Below, piece after piece: positions 32,631-42,633 of a stretch of DNA of 64,000 nt. A program made the position numbers and the translations under genes. Below the pieces are notes generated by a model that did no database searches, was not told the origin of the DNA, and was given only the letters and a program-made list of their open reading frames with translations. Within the stretch, counting starts at the first letter, position 1. The number at the start of each line of letters is the position of its first letter. The DNA is from Synechococcus sp. UW140 (GTDB taxonomy: Bacteria; Bacteroidota; Ignavibacteria; UBA10030; UBA8401). The stretch lies in NCBI GenBank assembly GCA_943364975.1, contig CALRIY020000003.1, positions 18,387 through 82,386 of the forward strand, written 5' to 3'.

Positions 32631-33200
32631 TCAGACGGACCCTTCCGCTGCGATCGGACCGCTTCCGTCATCTTCATAGACATAGCACCCGGCGTTCTCC
32701 GGATGATCCTCCACCATAGCATTCCACGGTGCTGAACGGATGAGCCAAATGATCAGAAAATCCCCTACGGCCGCAAAGGTAAAAAGGACGCCGAAGATCA
32801 TGATCCAGCCGTTACCGCTGTACAGGGAATATGCGAACGGAGCGAAGCCCATTAATACTGCCGGCATCACCGTGCCGAAGACGTACTGACTCTTTTTGAT
32901 CGGAACGGTGCAGTGTGCATACGGTGTGAGCGATTTCCACTGCACTCCGAACTTCATTTGTGTGAAGGAAAGTCTTCCCGCAGCCATCCAGGAGAAGGCG
33001 TGGATCAGTTCGTGGATCACAATACCGACGGCGAAGATCGGAAGGAAATACCACGGCATCAGAATATCGGCTGCCGCTTTGATGGGAGCGCCGCCCCACA
33101 CCGCCGCAAACACAACCACTTCGGCGACAGCAAAAAGAGCGAACGGAAGCGATGCGGTCTGCGCTTTGAGCATGGAGACGGAATAATCTTTTTTGTTCAT
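32631..33200 (-). CDS. DUF3267-like membrane protein with HExxH motif (putative zincin)
   Basis: 189 aa with 4-5 TM segments. Contains IVIHELIHAFSW. Confidence 0.72.
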   Translation of the reverse strand: MNKKDYSVSMLKAQTASLPFALFAVAEVVVFAAVWGGAPIKAAADILMPWYFLPIFAVGIVIHELIHAFSWMAAGRLSFTQMKFGVQWKSLTPYAHCTVPIKKSQYVFGTVMPAVLMGFAPFAYSLYSGNGWIMIFGVLFTFAAVGDFLIIWLIRSAPWNAMVEDHPENAGCYVYEDDGSGPIAAEGSV

Positions 33201-33254
33201 TTCGTTATTGATAAAATTGATCTTTTCTGTCTTCTGACCTCTGTTCTCTGCTCT

Positions 33255-34403
33255 TCAGATCTTTACAAACCATTTTTTCTGATACATCACCCATACCACA
33301 AGGTACATCACCGTGATCCAGACGATGGCGTGCATCAACGATGCATTGAGCGGAGAGAAATACGGTTCGAACAAATTCTGCATGATGATGGTTTTGATGG
33401 AAACATCCTTGAATGTTCCGTCGCTCAGCATCACATTGAACTTCCAGAGTCCCATAGCCCGCGCGGCAACACCCGACAGGACGAACACAAAGATCGCATT
33501 CATGCCGTACACCACGAACGGCTGCGCCCATCGCTTGATCCCTTTTGCATCGATGAGAAAATAGAAGATCCCGAAGATGCAGAGCGCCCATCCGGCCATG
33601 AAGAGCGTATACGAAACGGTCCAGAGACTCTTGTTGATCGGTATCCACATATCAAGGACCGCACCGAGAAGAAGCAGACCGGACCCGAAGACGAACATCC
33701 AGGTAGATTTTTCTGTCTTGTCCTGAGCGGACTGGCGCAGATAATCCCCTGTCACTGCTCCAATCAATGATGATGCGATCGCCGGAAGCGTAGAGAAGAG
33801 TCCTTCCGGATCCCATGTTTTGGTGGCGCTCCACATATGTCCGGTCAGGAACATCGAATCGATATACGCCGCAAAATTCCTCCCCTTCTCGAACAGTCCG
33901 GCGCCGATCTCCGGTACCGGATAATAGAACATGAAGAGCCAGTATGTGACGAACAGTGCGCCGACCGCAATGATCACACCCCGCATGGATGTGTTCAGAT
34001 AGATCACGGATGAGATCAGATAACAGACGGCGATCCGCTGCAGCACGCCGGGAATGCGGATCGAGGCCCATTCAAAGTGGTGTCCCCACAGCAGACCGAA
34101 CGGAAATCCCGCCAAAAATATTCCCAGTCCGAACATGATCGCCGAACGGCGGAGCACGCCGAGCAGCAGTTTCGTGTTGTCGTCCCCTTTGGACCGGCGC
34201 ACGGCGAACGAGAAGGTCATCGACACGCCGACGATCCACAGGAAGAACGGGAAGATAAAATCGGTGAAGGTCCAACCGTGCCACGCGGCATGCGCCAGCT
34301 GCGGATAGATGCTGCTCCACGAACCGGGGTTATTCACAAGGATCATTCCTGCGATGGTAAAACCGCGGAATGCATCGAGCGAGACGAGGCGTTCAGGTTT
34401 CAT
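33255..34403 (-). CDS. DUF5009 / heparan-alpha-glucosaminide N-acetyltransferase-like membrane acyltransferase
   Basis: 382 aa with about 11 TM segments. N-terminal block SLDAFRGFTIAGMILVNNPGSW. Confidence 0.8.
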   Translation of the reverse strand: MKPERLVSLDAFRGFTIAGMILVNNPGSWSSIYPQLAHAAWHGWTFTDFIFPFFLWIVGVSMTFSFAVRRSKGDDNTKLLLGVLRRSAIMFGLGIFLAGFPFGLLWGHHFEWASIRIPGVLQRIAVCYLISSVIYLNTSMRGVIIAVGALFVTYWLFMFYYPVPEIGAGLFEKGRNFAAYIDSMFLTGHMWSATKTWDPEGLFSTLPAIASSLIGAVTGDYLRQSAQDKTEKSTWMFVFGSGLLLLGAVLDMWIPINKSLWTVSYTLFMAGWALCIFGIFYFLIDAKGIKRWAQPFVVYGMNAIFVFVLSGVAARAMGLWKFNVMLSDGTFKDVSIKTIIMQNLFEPYFSPLNASLMHAIVWITVMYLVVWVMYQKKWFVKI

Positions 34404-34415
34404 AGGTGTCTTTCG

Positions 34416-35765
34416 TTACTGCGCGATCCAGAGCGCATATCCATACTGCGGCACGTGAAGTGATCCGCTCTTTGTTCCATCAATTTTTTTACCGGTGAAG
34501 GCATCGACGAATTTTTTGGACCTCAGATTCTCCGGCAGTTCGATCTTTACATGCTGTTCTTCCTTTGCAAAGTTCAGCACGACCAGAACGGTGTTCGTTC
34601 CCGCAGTGCGGAAATAGGAATAGACCCGTTCTGCGCGGTCATTCGAAACACGGTGAAATTCTCCCGAAGTCAACGCCTGATTCTTATTGCGGACCGCGAA
34701 GAGCTTTGCATAGAATTCACGGTATTCTTTTCCTTTGGTCCAGTCGATCTCGTATTTTTCAAAGAGTCCGAGTTTCACATCGTTGCCGGCTTCCTGTCCG
34801 TTGTAGAGGAGCGATGCACCGGGAAATGTATGCGTCAGAACAGCCGCGAGTTTTGCGCCGGCTGCTCCGAACTTTTCCACATCCGGTTTGTCCCACGCAT
34901 TCTCATCGTGATTGGAGCTGAAGCGGAGACGGAGCGACCCTTTCGGATACGCTGCCGCTTCGCGGGAAAGGACGGTGTCGAATTCCGCGACCGTTTTTTC
35001 TCCGTTCACCACCGGACCGATGATGCCGTAGAAATTCCATGCATACGTCACATCGAATGCTTTCAGATGATGTTCGGGATATTGTCCTTCGGCAAGCATC
35101 AGTACCGGTTTGATGGAGTCGAGCGCTGCACGCGCATCATTCCAGAAATCGGTCGGCACCATTTCCGCAACATCGCAGCGGAAACCGTCCAGCCCTATGT
35201 CGCGGACCCAATACTTCATCATCTCGATCATATAGCGGCGCATTTCTTTGCTGTCGTAGTTCAGGTCCACAACGTCGGACCAGTCCGCCACCGGAGGGAC
35301 GAAATTCCCCGAGGAATCTTTCGTGAACCATTCCGGGTGTTCCTTGAACATCTTACTGTCCCACGATGTATGATTCGCCACAAGGTCGATCACGATCTTG
35401 AGTCCCTGCTCATGCGTTTTTCGGACCAATCGTTTGAAATCTTCCAGAGTACCGAACTCCGGATTGATGCCGTAATAGTCCTGAATGGAATATGGCGAAC
35501 CGAGCGAACCTTTCCGTTTCTCACTGCCGATCGGATGGATCGGCATCAGCCATATAGTAGTGATCCCGAGTTTTTTCAGTTCGGGAAGCTTTTTCTCGAT
35601 GCCGGCGAAATTCCCCTCTTTGCTGAATGAACGGGGATAGATCTCATAGATGATCCCGTTCGTTACCCACGGTTCGGAGGGACGGGCGGATTCACGCGCA
35701 TACGGCGACGGCAGCTGTGCAGACAGCGGAGCAGCCAACAGAACGAGCAGAAGGAATTTTCTCAT
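34416..35765 (-). CDS. secreted GH13 alpha-amylase-family glycoside hydrolase
   Basis: ORF trimmed to ATG 35765 (MRKFLLLVLLAAPLSAQ). GH13 regions DLVANHTS, GFRCDVAEM, MLAEG and FSSNHDE. Confidence 0.9.
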   Translation of the reverse strand: MRKFLLLVLLAAPLSAQLPSPYARESARPSEPWVTNGIIYEIYPRSFSKEGNFAGIEKKLPELKKLGITTIWLMPIHPIGSEKRKGSLGSPYSIQDYYGINPEFGTLEDFKRLVRKTHEQGLKIVIDLVANHTSWDSKMFKEHPEWFTKDSSGNFVPPVADWSDVVDLNYDSKEMRRYMIEMMKYWVRDIGLDGFRCDVAEMVPTDFWNDARAALDSIKPVLMLAEGQYPEHHLKAFDVTYAWNFYGIIGPVVNGEKTVAEFDTVLSREAAAYPKGSLRLRFSSNHDENAWDKPDVEKFGAAGAKLAAVLTHTFPGASLLYNGQEAGNDVKLGLFEKYEIDWTKGKEYREFYAKLFAVRNKNQALTSGEFHRVSNDRAERVYSYFRTAGTNTVLVVLNFAKEEQHVKIELPENLRSKKFVDAFTGKKIDGTKSGSLHVPQYGYALWIAQ

Positions 35766-35973
35766 ACGATTTGGAGTTGGTGATTGATATTGACAGGTTG
35801 GAATGCAGGAAAGTAACGAAAGATCTTTCGCAAAGCAATCCGCGATGAGGGTCAACAATTGTTTACCAACGGACTGCCGTCACTGCTTTCTCCGTTCACT
35901 CTATAATAGAATTATAGTATATTACACCGATCAGCATTATTGACGGTCCAATGTGAATTTGAACCTATCCCTT

Positions 35974-37023
35974 ATGAAGAACACACAGACGATCCTATTC
36001 ATTCTTTCCATCGGCACAATTTTCTTCCTCGCATCCTGTGCTTCGAAATCCCCCGGTGAAGTTCCAAAGAACTCTTCTCGGGGGGGAATGCTGACCGTGA
36101 ACGGCGTGATCGTTCAGCCGCAGCCGCTGGACAATGTCGTCCGCTCTTCCGGAACGGTTCTCGCCTCCGAATCGGTCGATCTGGTAACCGAAGCGGCCGG
36201 ACGGATCGAAAAGATCGCGTTCACCGAAGGAACGCACGTGAAGAAGAACGAACTGCTGGTGAAGATCAATGATGACGACCTTCGCGCACAACTAAAGAAG
36301 ACGGAACTGCAGATCCAGCTCGCGTCCGAACAGGAGAAACGGCAGAAACAGCTCTTTGAGATCAACGGCATCAGCAAGGAACAGTACGACATCGCGTTGA
36401 ACCAGGTGAACACGCTGAAGGCGGACAAGGAGAATCTGGTCACCTCCATCCGTAAACGGGAGATCCGTTCACCATTCGACGGCATCATCGGACTCCGCTA
36501 CATCAGCGAAGGAAGTTATGTCTCGCAGACCACCCGCATCGCCTCCATTCAGAAGATCAATCCTCTGAAGGTCGATTTCTCCATCCCCGAAAAATATGCG
36601 GATGATGTCGCTGTCGGCGATCCGGTGGAATTCTCCAGCGATGAAGCCAACCTCAATTTTTCCGGCAGACTGTATGCGATAGAACCGAAGATCGATCCGG
36701 TCACCCGCACGCTGCAGCTGCGCGCGATGTGCGACAATAAGAACGAAAAGATCTTCCCCGGCGCGTATGTGCAGATCGCACTGCGGCTGAAGAAGATCCC
36801 CGATGCCTTGATGGTCCCCTCCCAGTCGATCATTCCGGTGCTGAAAGGACAATCGATCCTGGTGAAACGGCGCGGCGTGGTCGTGTCACTGCCGGTCCAG
36901 ACCGGGATCCGCACTGCGTCGAACGTCCAGATCCTGAGCGGACTCAATGCGGGCGACACCGTTCTCACCACCGGATTGATGCAGGCGCAGCCGGGAGCTC
37001 CGGTGAATGTGGTTGTAAAATAA
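35974..37023 (+). CDS. RND efflux periplasmic adaptor (membrane fusion protein)
   Basis: ORF trimmed to ATG 35974, with lipobox FFLASC. Shows HlyD/AcrA-type architecture with an alpha-hairpin (LRAQLKKTELQIQLASEQEKRQKQL). Confidence 0.88.
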   Translation: MKNTQTILFILSIGTIFFLASCASKSPGEVPKNSSRGGMLTVNGVIVQPQPLDNVVRSSGTVLASESVDLVTEAAGRIEKIAFTEGTHVKKNELLVKINDDDLRAQLKKTELQIQLASEQEKRQKQLFEINGISKEQYDIALNQVNTLKADKENLVTSIRKREIRSPFDGIIGLRYISEGSYVSQTTRIASIQKINPLKVDFSIPEKYADDVAVGDPVEFSSDEANLNFSGRLYAIEPKIDPVTRTLQLRAMCDNKNEKIFPGAYVQIALRLKKIPDALMVPSQSIIPVLKGQSILVKRRGVVVSLPVQTGIRTASNVQILSGLNAGDTVLTTGLMQAQPGAPVNVVVK

Positions 37024-37198
37024 ACAATTGTATGTTTCAGGTTTCATGAATTGAGAAGAGAATGGAAGAGGGATATCAAAAATTGAACTGGATGATATTT
37101 CAAACTATTTAATGGAACCGGATCCATGCTATCACACCACTATTGTTATATCGTCACTTCCATCTGAACCGTGAAACCTGAACCTTGAATCTGCACTT

Positions 37199-40100
37199 AT
37201 GAGTCTTGCATCCGTCAGCATACAGCGTCCCGTACTTGCGATCGTCATGTCGCTGGGGATCATTCTGTTCGGGATCATCAGTTTCCAATTCCTCGGCATC
37301 CGGGAATATCCGGCGATCGATCCGCCGGTCATCTCCGTCCGCACCAGCTACACCGGTGCAAATGCGGATGTGATCGAATCGCAGATCACCGAACCGCTGG
37401 AGAAGGCGATCAACGGCATCTCGGGTGTGCGCAACATCTCCAGCAGCAGCAGTCAGGGAACGAGCAACATCACCGTCGAATTCAACCTGGATGCGAATCT
37501 GGAAGCGGCGGCGAACGATGTGCGGGACAAGGTCTCGGGCGCCACGCGGCAGCTTCCGCAGGACATCGATTCCCCGCCCGTCGTCACGAAGAGCGATGCG
37601 AATTCGGACGCGATCATTTCGCTGACCGTGCAGAGCGAGACGAAGAACATCCTGGAGCTGAGTGATTTTGCGGAGAATGTGATCGCACAGAACCTGCAGA
37701 CGATCCCCGGGGTCAGTTCCACGCAGATCTGGGGACAGAAACGGTACGCGATGCGCATCTGGATGGATCCGTCGAAGTTCGCGGCGTACGGACTCACGCC
37801 GCTCGATGTGAAGAGTGCGCTGGGGAAAGAGAACATCGAACTCCCCTCCGGGAAGATCGCCGGAAATCAGACCGAACTGATCGTCAACACGAAAGGACGA
37901 CTGAAAACGGTCGATGATTTCAACAATCTCATCATCAAATCGGACGGCACGAAGACCATCCGTCTGAGCGACGTGGGATACGCGAATCTCGGTCCGGAGA
38001 ACGAAGAGACCTTGCTGAAGATCAACGGCACGCCGATGGTCGCCGTCGCCGTCATCCCGCAGCCGGGAAGCAATTATGTTGAGATCGCCGATGCGTTCTT
38101 CAAACGGGTGGAGCAGATCAAGAAGGACCTTCCGGCGGACTATACGCTCGACATCGCCATGGACAACACCCGGTTCATCCGCCAATCCATCGGCGAGGTG
38201 CAGGAGACGATCTTCATCGCCATCCTGCTCGTCATTCTGATCATCTTCCTCTTCTTCCGCGACTGGCTGATCGCATTCCGTCCCCTGATCGACATTCCCG
38301 TCTCCCTGATCGGCGCATTCTTCATCATGTATCTGATGGGATATTCCATCAACGTGCTGACGCTGCTGGCGATCGTTCTGGCGACCGGCTTGGTCGTGGA
38401 TGACGGTATCGTCGTCACGGAGAATATCTTCAAAAAGGTCGAAGGGGGACTGCCGCCGCTCGAGGCGGCATACGCAGGATCAAAAGAGATCTTCTTCGCC
38501 GTCATTTCCACCTCCGTCACACTGGTGGCGGTGTTCCTTCCGGTGATCTTTCTGCAGGGATTCGTCGGCCGGCTGTTCCGCGAATTCGGCGTGGTGATCG
38601 CCGGCGCCGTGCTCATCTCCGCGTTCGTTTCCCTTTCCCTCACACCGATGCTCAATGCGCGGCTCATCCGCCGGGAGCAGAAACACAGCAGATTCTACGA
38701 AATGACCGAGCCGTTCTTCGTCCGGATGAACCAGATCTATGAACAGTTCCTCGGCTCATTCATGCAGCACCGCTGGGCCGCAACAGCGATCATCCTCGCC
38801 TCTATCGGAGCGATCATCGGCATCGGCACAACGCTGCAGACAGAGTTGTCGCCGCTGGATGACCGTTCGTTCCTGCGGATCTCCGCCACGGCGCCCGAAG
38901 GAGCATCCTTCGAATACACCGATGCGGTCATGGAAAAATTGAATGCGCTTGTCAACGATTCGATTCCGGAGAAGAGGATCTTTCTCACAGTTACTGCGCC
39001 GGGATTCGCCGGTTCGGGGGCCGTCAACACCGGGTCGGGACGATTGATGCTGGTCGATCCTTCCGATCGGAATCGGTCGCAGCAGGATGTCGCAGAGTAT
39101 CTCACCGCAAAGACCCGACGGATGACGGAAGCCCGCGTCTTCATCCTGCAGGAGCAGACGATCTCGGCCGGAGGGGGCGGTGCACGAGGAGGACTTCCCG
39201 TGCAATACGTTCTGCAGAATCAGAATTTCGATAAGCTCCGCGAGTTCGTTCCGAAGTTCCAGGAAGAGGTGAACAAGAGCAGCGTCTTTTTGAACTCCGA
39301 TGTGAATCTGAAATTCAACAAACCGCAGCTTGACCTTACCATTGACCGGGACAGGGCGCGGAGTCTCGGCGTGTCCGTGATCGATATCGCGCAGACCTTG
39401 CAGCTGGCGTTCAGCGGACAGCGCTTCTCCTATTTCGAGATGAACGGTTTCCAATATCAGGTGATCGGACAGGTCAGCCGGTCGGACCGAGATGAGCCGC
39501 TTGATCTCACCTCGCTGTATGTGCGGAACAATACCGGACAGCTTATCCAGCTGGACAATCTCATCACCCTGAAGGAACAAAGCGCACCGCCGCAGCTGTA
39601 TCACTTCAACAGATTCAAATCCGCAACGGTCTCCGCCGGTCTCGCTCCGGGAAAGACGATCGGCGACGGCATCGCGGAGATGGACAGGATCGCCAAACAA
39701 GTACTGGACGAATCCTTCACCACCGCACTCAGCGGACCGTCCCGCGATTACGCGGAAAGCACCTCCAACATCTTCTTCGCCTTCATCCTTGCATTGATCC
39801 TGATCTATCTTGTGCTGGCGGCGCAGTTCGAAAGTTTCGTCGATCCGTTCACCATCATGCTCACTGTGCCGCTGGCGCTGGCCGGCGCGCTCCTTTCACT
39901 CTGGATCTTCGGAAAGACCCTCAACATCTTCAGCGAGATCGGCATCATTATGCTGGTCGGCCTGGTGACGAAAAACGGAATTTTGATCGTGGAATTCGCG
40001 AATCAGCAGAAAGAGAAAGGATTGAAACTGATGGAAGCCGCGCAGGTCGCCGCCGTCGCCCGGTTCCGTCCCATCTTAATGACGAGTCTCGCAACGATGC

Positions 40101-40285
40101 TCGGCGCTCTTCCCATCGCGCTGGCGCTCGGCAACGGCGCAAAGAGCCGCGTCTCCATGGGTATCGTCGTCATCGGCGGATTGTTCTTCTCCCTTATCCT
40201 GACCCTCTTCGTCATTCCCGCGATGTATACGTTCTTCTCGAAAGAGGCGAAAACGGCGGAGATCGAATCTGTGTCGAAAATGTAA
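37199..40285 (+). CDS. RND efflux permease (AcrB/HAE1 family)
   Basis: 1028 aa with 12 TM segments and two large periplasmic loops. N-terminus MSLASVSIQRPVLAIVMSL... is typical of AcrB-like pumps. Confidence 0.95.
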   Translation: MSLASVSIQRPVLAIVMSLGIILFGIISFQFLGIREYPAIDPPVISVRTSYTGANADVIESQITEPLEKAINGISGVRNISSSSSQGTSNITVEFNLDANLEAAANDVRDKVSGATRQLPQDIDSPPVVTKSDANSDAIISLTVQSETKNILELSDFAENVIAQNLQTIPGVSSTQIWGQKRYAMRIWMDPSKFAAYGLTPLDVKSALGKENIELPSGKIAGNQTELIVNTKGRLKTVDDFNNLIIKSDGTKTIRLSDVGYANLGPENEETLLKINGTPMVAVAVIPQPGSNYVEIADAFFKRVEQIKKDLPADYTLDIAMDNTRFIRQSIGEVQETIFIAILLVILIIFLFFRDWLIAFRPLIDIPVSLIGAFFIMYLMGYSINVLTLLAIVLATGLVVDDGIVVTENIFKKVEGGLPPLEAAYAGSKEIFFAVISTSVTLVAVFLPVIFLQGFVGRLFREFGVVIAGAVLISAFVSLSLTPMLNARLIRREQKHSRFYEMTEPFFVRMNQIYEQFLGSFMQHRWAATAIILASIGAIIGIGTTLQTELSPLDDRSFLRISATAPEGASFEYTDAVMEKLNALVNDSIPEKRIFLTVTAPGFAGSGAVNTGSGRLMLVDPSDRNRSQQDVAEYLTAKTRRMTEARVFILQEQTISAGGGGARGGLPVQYVLQNQNFDKLREFVPKFQEEVNKSSVFLNSDVNLKFNKPQLDLTIDRDRARSLGVSVIDIAQTLQLAFSGQRFSYFEMNGFQYQVIGQVSRSDRDEPLDLTSLYVRNNTGQLIQLDNLITLKEQSAPPQLYHFNRFKSATVSAGLAPGKTIGDGIAEMDRIAKQVLDESFTTALSGPSRDYAESTSNIFFAFILALILIYLVLAAQFESFVDPFTIMLTVPLALAGALLSLWIFGKTLNIFSEIGIIMLVGLVTKNGILIVEFANQQKEKGLKLMEAAQVAAVARFRPILMTSLATMLGALPIALALGNGAKSRVSMGIVVIGGLFFSLILTLFVIPAMYTFFSKEAKTAEIESVSKM

Positions 40286-40912
40286 GAACGGACGCAAGTC
40301 CGTTCTTACTATTGTTTCTTTCCATCTATCTCCCACCGCAGCGGATTGTCCAAAATATATTTCCTTATTCTCTGTAATTCCTGATCATTTCGAATGATTC
40401 TGTCAAAAAATCTGGACTGCCAGAGATCTATCGCTGGTCGTATTTTTCGGGCATTGGCTGTTGCCGCCGCCTTGAATGTGCGCATAACCACCGAAAGCGT
40501 TCTTTTCCTCATTTCAAATTTAACCTCGGCTACATCGGATTCATTCGGGTTATCGATCAAAATAATTCCATGTACATGATTAGGCATAATAACAAATTCA
40601 TCTAACGACGCGAAAGGCGAACTGATAGGAATATATTTCCATGACCGTTCAATTGCTTCGCCAATGTCGCTAAGAATCACCCTACCGTCCTGAATGGTTG
40701 AAAATATTTCTTCTCTATGATGGGAACAGATCGTTACAAAATAATATCCCGATCTTGCGTAATTGAAATGATGTAATCGGTATTGCTTTTTGGTTTTGTA
40801 TTCCATGTTGGTGTTGTGCGGACTGGCGTCCGCACCTACATATATTCTTGAAATGTAGGAACGCTGGCAACACCGCTCTCCGAACATATTTAGTGCGGAC
40901 TGGTGTCTGTGC
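40282..40912 (-). mobile_element. solo RAYT locus: HUH transposase gene bracketed by GGAC-N4-GTCC-core hairpins
   Basis: Downstream hairpin at 40282..40309 (GTAAGAACGGAC gcaa GTCCGTTCTTAC). Upstream, the minus strand 40840..40816 reads TGTAG-GTGCGGAC-gcca-GTCCGCAC. A degenerate second copy lies at 40893..40912. CCTACAT-N11-ATGTAGG lies at 40835..40859. Confidence 0.5.
40309..40806 (-). CDS. rayT: IS200-like HUH tyrosine transposase of the REP-associated (RAYT) type
   Basis: ORF trimmed to ATG 40806 (MEYKTKKQYRL...). YFVTICS block, HUH motif in VIMPNHVHGIILI, WQSRFFDRIIRN, and catalytic Tyr in RKYILDNP. No TnpB partner. Composition is AT-richer than the neighbours. Confidence 0.88.
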   Translation of the reverse strand: MEYKTKKQYRLHHFNYARSGYYFVTICSHHREEIFSTIQDGRVILSDIGEAIERSWKYIPISSPFASLDEFVIMPNHVHGIILIDNPNESDVAEVKFEMRKRTLSVVMRTFKAAATANARKIRPAIDLWQSRFFDRIIRNDQELQRIRKYILDNPLRWEIDGKKQ

Positions 40913-40980
40913 CATTATTTCTGTCATTATAACGGACAAATTATTACGACACCATAAAATTCTCTTGTTCTTTAAAATGC

Positions 40981-41010
40981 AAAACGCGGACCGAGATCCG
41001 CGTTTTTTTA
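40981..41010. terminator. hairpin downstream of the DEAD-box helicase gene
   Basis: ACGCGGA-ccgaga-TCCGCGT flanked by AAA and TTTTTTT. The minus-strand tail is TTTTGCATTTT. Confidence 0.65.
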
Positions 41011-41022
41011 TTTCGTCATCTG

Positions 41023-42633
41023 TTATGACCGTCGGCGTGGAGGGGGCCGGCGGGTGTTCGAACGGCGGTGCGAGTCGCGGCGTTCGGTCTTTTCCTTCTT
41101 TTGTTCGTAGCGGGGAAACACTTCGGGCACGGGGGCCAGCAGCGTTTCGTCCGGATAGATGCAGTCGATCTTCCGTTTCATGTACTCTTCCAGTTTCGGG
41201 ATCTCGTATGAATCCTCCTCGTCCGCAAAGCTGATCGCGATACCGCTCGCTCCCGCGCGGCCCGTGCGGCCGATGCGGTGGACGAACTCTTCGGCATCCT
41301 GCGGAAGATTGTAATTGATGACGTGCGAGATCGCATCCACATGGAGTCCGCGGGATGCGACATCGGTCGCGACGAGCACGCGCACTTTTCCTTCGCGGAA
41401 ATTCTCCAGACGCTTGATCCTCTGACGCTGATCGACATCGCCGGACAAGAGCGTGCAGCCGATGCCGTATGTCTCCAGTTTTTCTTTCAGGTCGCGTCCC
41501 ACATCGCGTCTGTTCACGAAGATGAGTACGCGTTCGAGCTGTTTCTGCTGCATCAAATTATAGAGCAGCGGGAATTTTTCATCCTTGGTGGTGATGTAGG
41601 TGATCTGTTCGATCGCGGAGACCGCCATCGTGTCCGGCGTGACCGTGACTTCGATCGCCTGTCGTGTCCACGATTCAGCGAGACGTTTCACTTCGCTGTT
41701 CATGGTGGCGGTGAAGAACATTGTCTGCCGTTCGGATTTCTGCGGAGTGCTCAGGACGATGCTTCGCACCGCGGGAATGAACCCCATATCAAGCATCCGG
41801 TCCGCTTCGTCGATGACGAGGATCTCCGTCTTCCCGAGATCTACGAATTTCTGTTTCTTGAAATCGATCAGACGCCCCGGCGTCGCAACAACAACATCCA
41901 CCGTTTCGTGCTTAAGATTCTCCATCTGCTTGTTGTAATCGATACCGCCGACAAGCGACAGCACCGTGCACGGCGCATAGGTGCTGAGAAGTTTTGCATC
42001 TTTTTCGATCTGCATCACCAGTTCGCGCGTGGGAGCAAGAATCAGTGCGCGCGGTGTTCCCTTTTTCTGATCTTTGATGGGATTGCGGAGGATGTGCGAA
42101 AAAATGGTGATAAGGAATGCGGCGGTCTTTCCTGTTCCTGTCTGTGCCTGGGCTGTAACATCGTCGCCGCGCATGGCGATCGGTAGGACTTGCGCCTGCA
42201 CTTCGGTGCAGTATTGAAAATTCAGATCGGCGACGGAATGCATGATCTCCTGCGGAAGATCGAAATCCTGAAAACGTGTCTTACCGTCCACCACCGGCAC
42301 TTTGAATGACGACGCATCCCACGGTTCGGTGGAAATGATGCGCTTCGTACGTTCCTTCGGTTTCTCATTCGCCGTTTCAACGATCACCTGATTTCGGACA
42401 ATTCCCTTTTCTTTATCCTCGCGTTCGTGGCGCAGGCGGTATTCTTCGCGTGTCTCCCGTTTCCGTCCTTCGCGCGGATGACGCGTACCGGTCGGTTTTT
42501 CACCGGCGGGTTTTCGCTGTGCATGGGGATGCTGTTTGGGAGAATCTTTTTGCTGGGAAGGTTTGGGGGGAACGACGGTCTTCGGTTTGGCACCGAAGAG
42601 CGATTTGAGTTTTGAGACGAAATTCTTAAGCAA
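41023..42633 (-). CDS. DEAD-box ATP-dependent RNA helicase with basic N-terminal extension
   Basis: Q motif (FQDFDL...TEVQ), AQTGTGKT, DEAD, TAT and HRIGRTGRAG. The only candidate starts are TTG codons. I prefer 42633 (GGAAG 6 nt upstream) over the ORF-track start at 42684. Confidence 0.9.
   Translation of the reverse strand: MLKNFVSKLKSLFGAKPKTVVPPKPSQQKDSPKQHPHAQRKPAGEKPTGTRHPREGRKRETREEYRLRHEREDKEKGIVRNQVIVETANEKPKERTKRIISTEPWDASSFKVPVVDGKTRFQDFDLPQEIMHSVADLNFQYCTEVQAQVLPIAMRGDDVTAQAQTGTGKTAAFLITIFSHILRNPIKDQKKGTPRALILAPTRELVMQIEKDAKLLSTYAPCTVLSLVGGIDYNKQMENLKHETVDVVVATPGRLIDFKKQKFVDLGKTEILVIDEADRMLDMGFIPAVRSIVLSTPQKSERQTMFFTATMNSEVKRLAESWTRQAIEVTVTPDTMAVSAIEQITYITTKDEKFPLLYNLMQQKQLERVLIFVNRRDVGRDLKEKLETYGIGCTLLSGDVDQRQRIKRLENFREGKVRVLVATDVASRGLHVDAISHVINYNLPQDAEEFVHRIGRTGRAGASGIAISFADEEDSYEIPKLEEYMKRKIDCIYPDETLLAPVPEVFPRYEQKKEKTERRDSHRRSNTRRPPPRRRS

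Noticed and set aside
37154-39700. Long minus-strand ORFs 37154..38185 and 38756..39700
   Set aside because: They are antisense shadows of the AcrB-type pump gene. The same reasoning applies to 4081..5262, 13627..14718, 34551..35630, 41278..42186, 43951..44868, 24590..25558, 27342..28073, 55784..56584 and 60540..61418.
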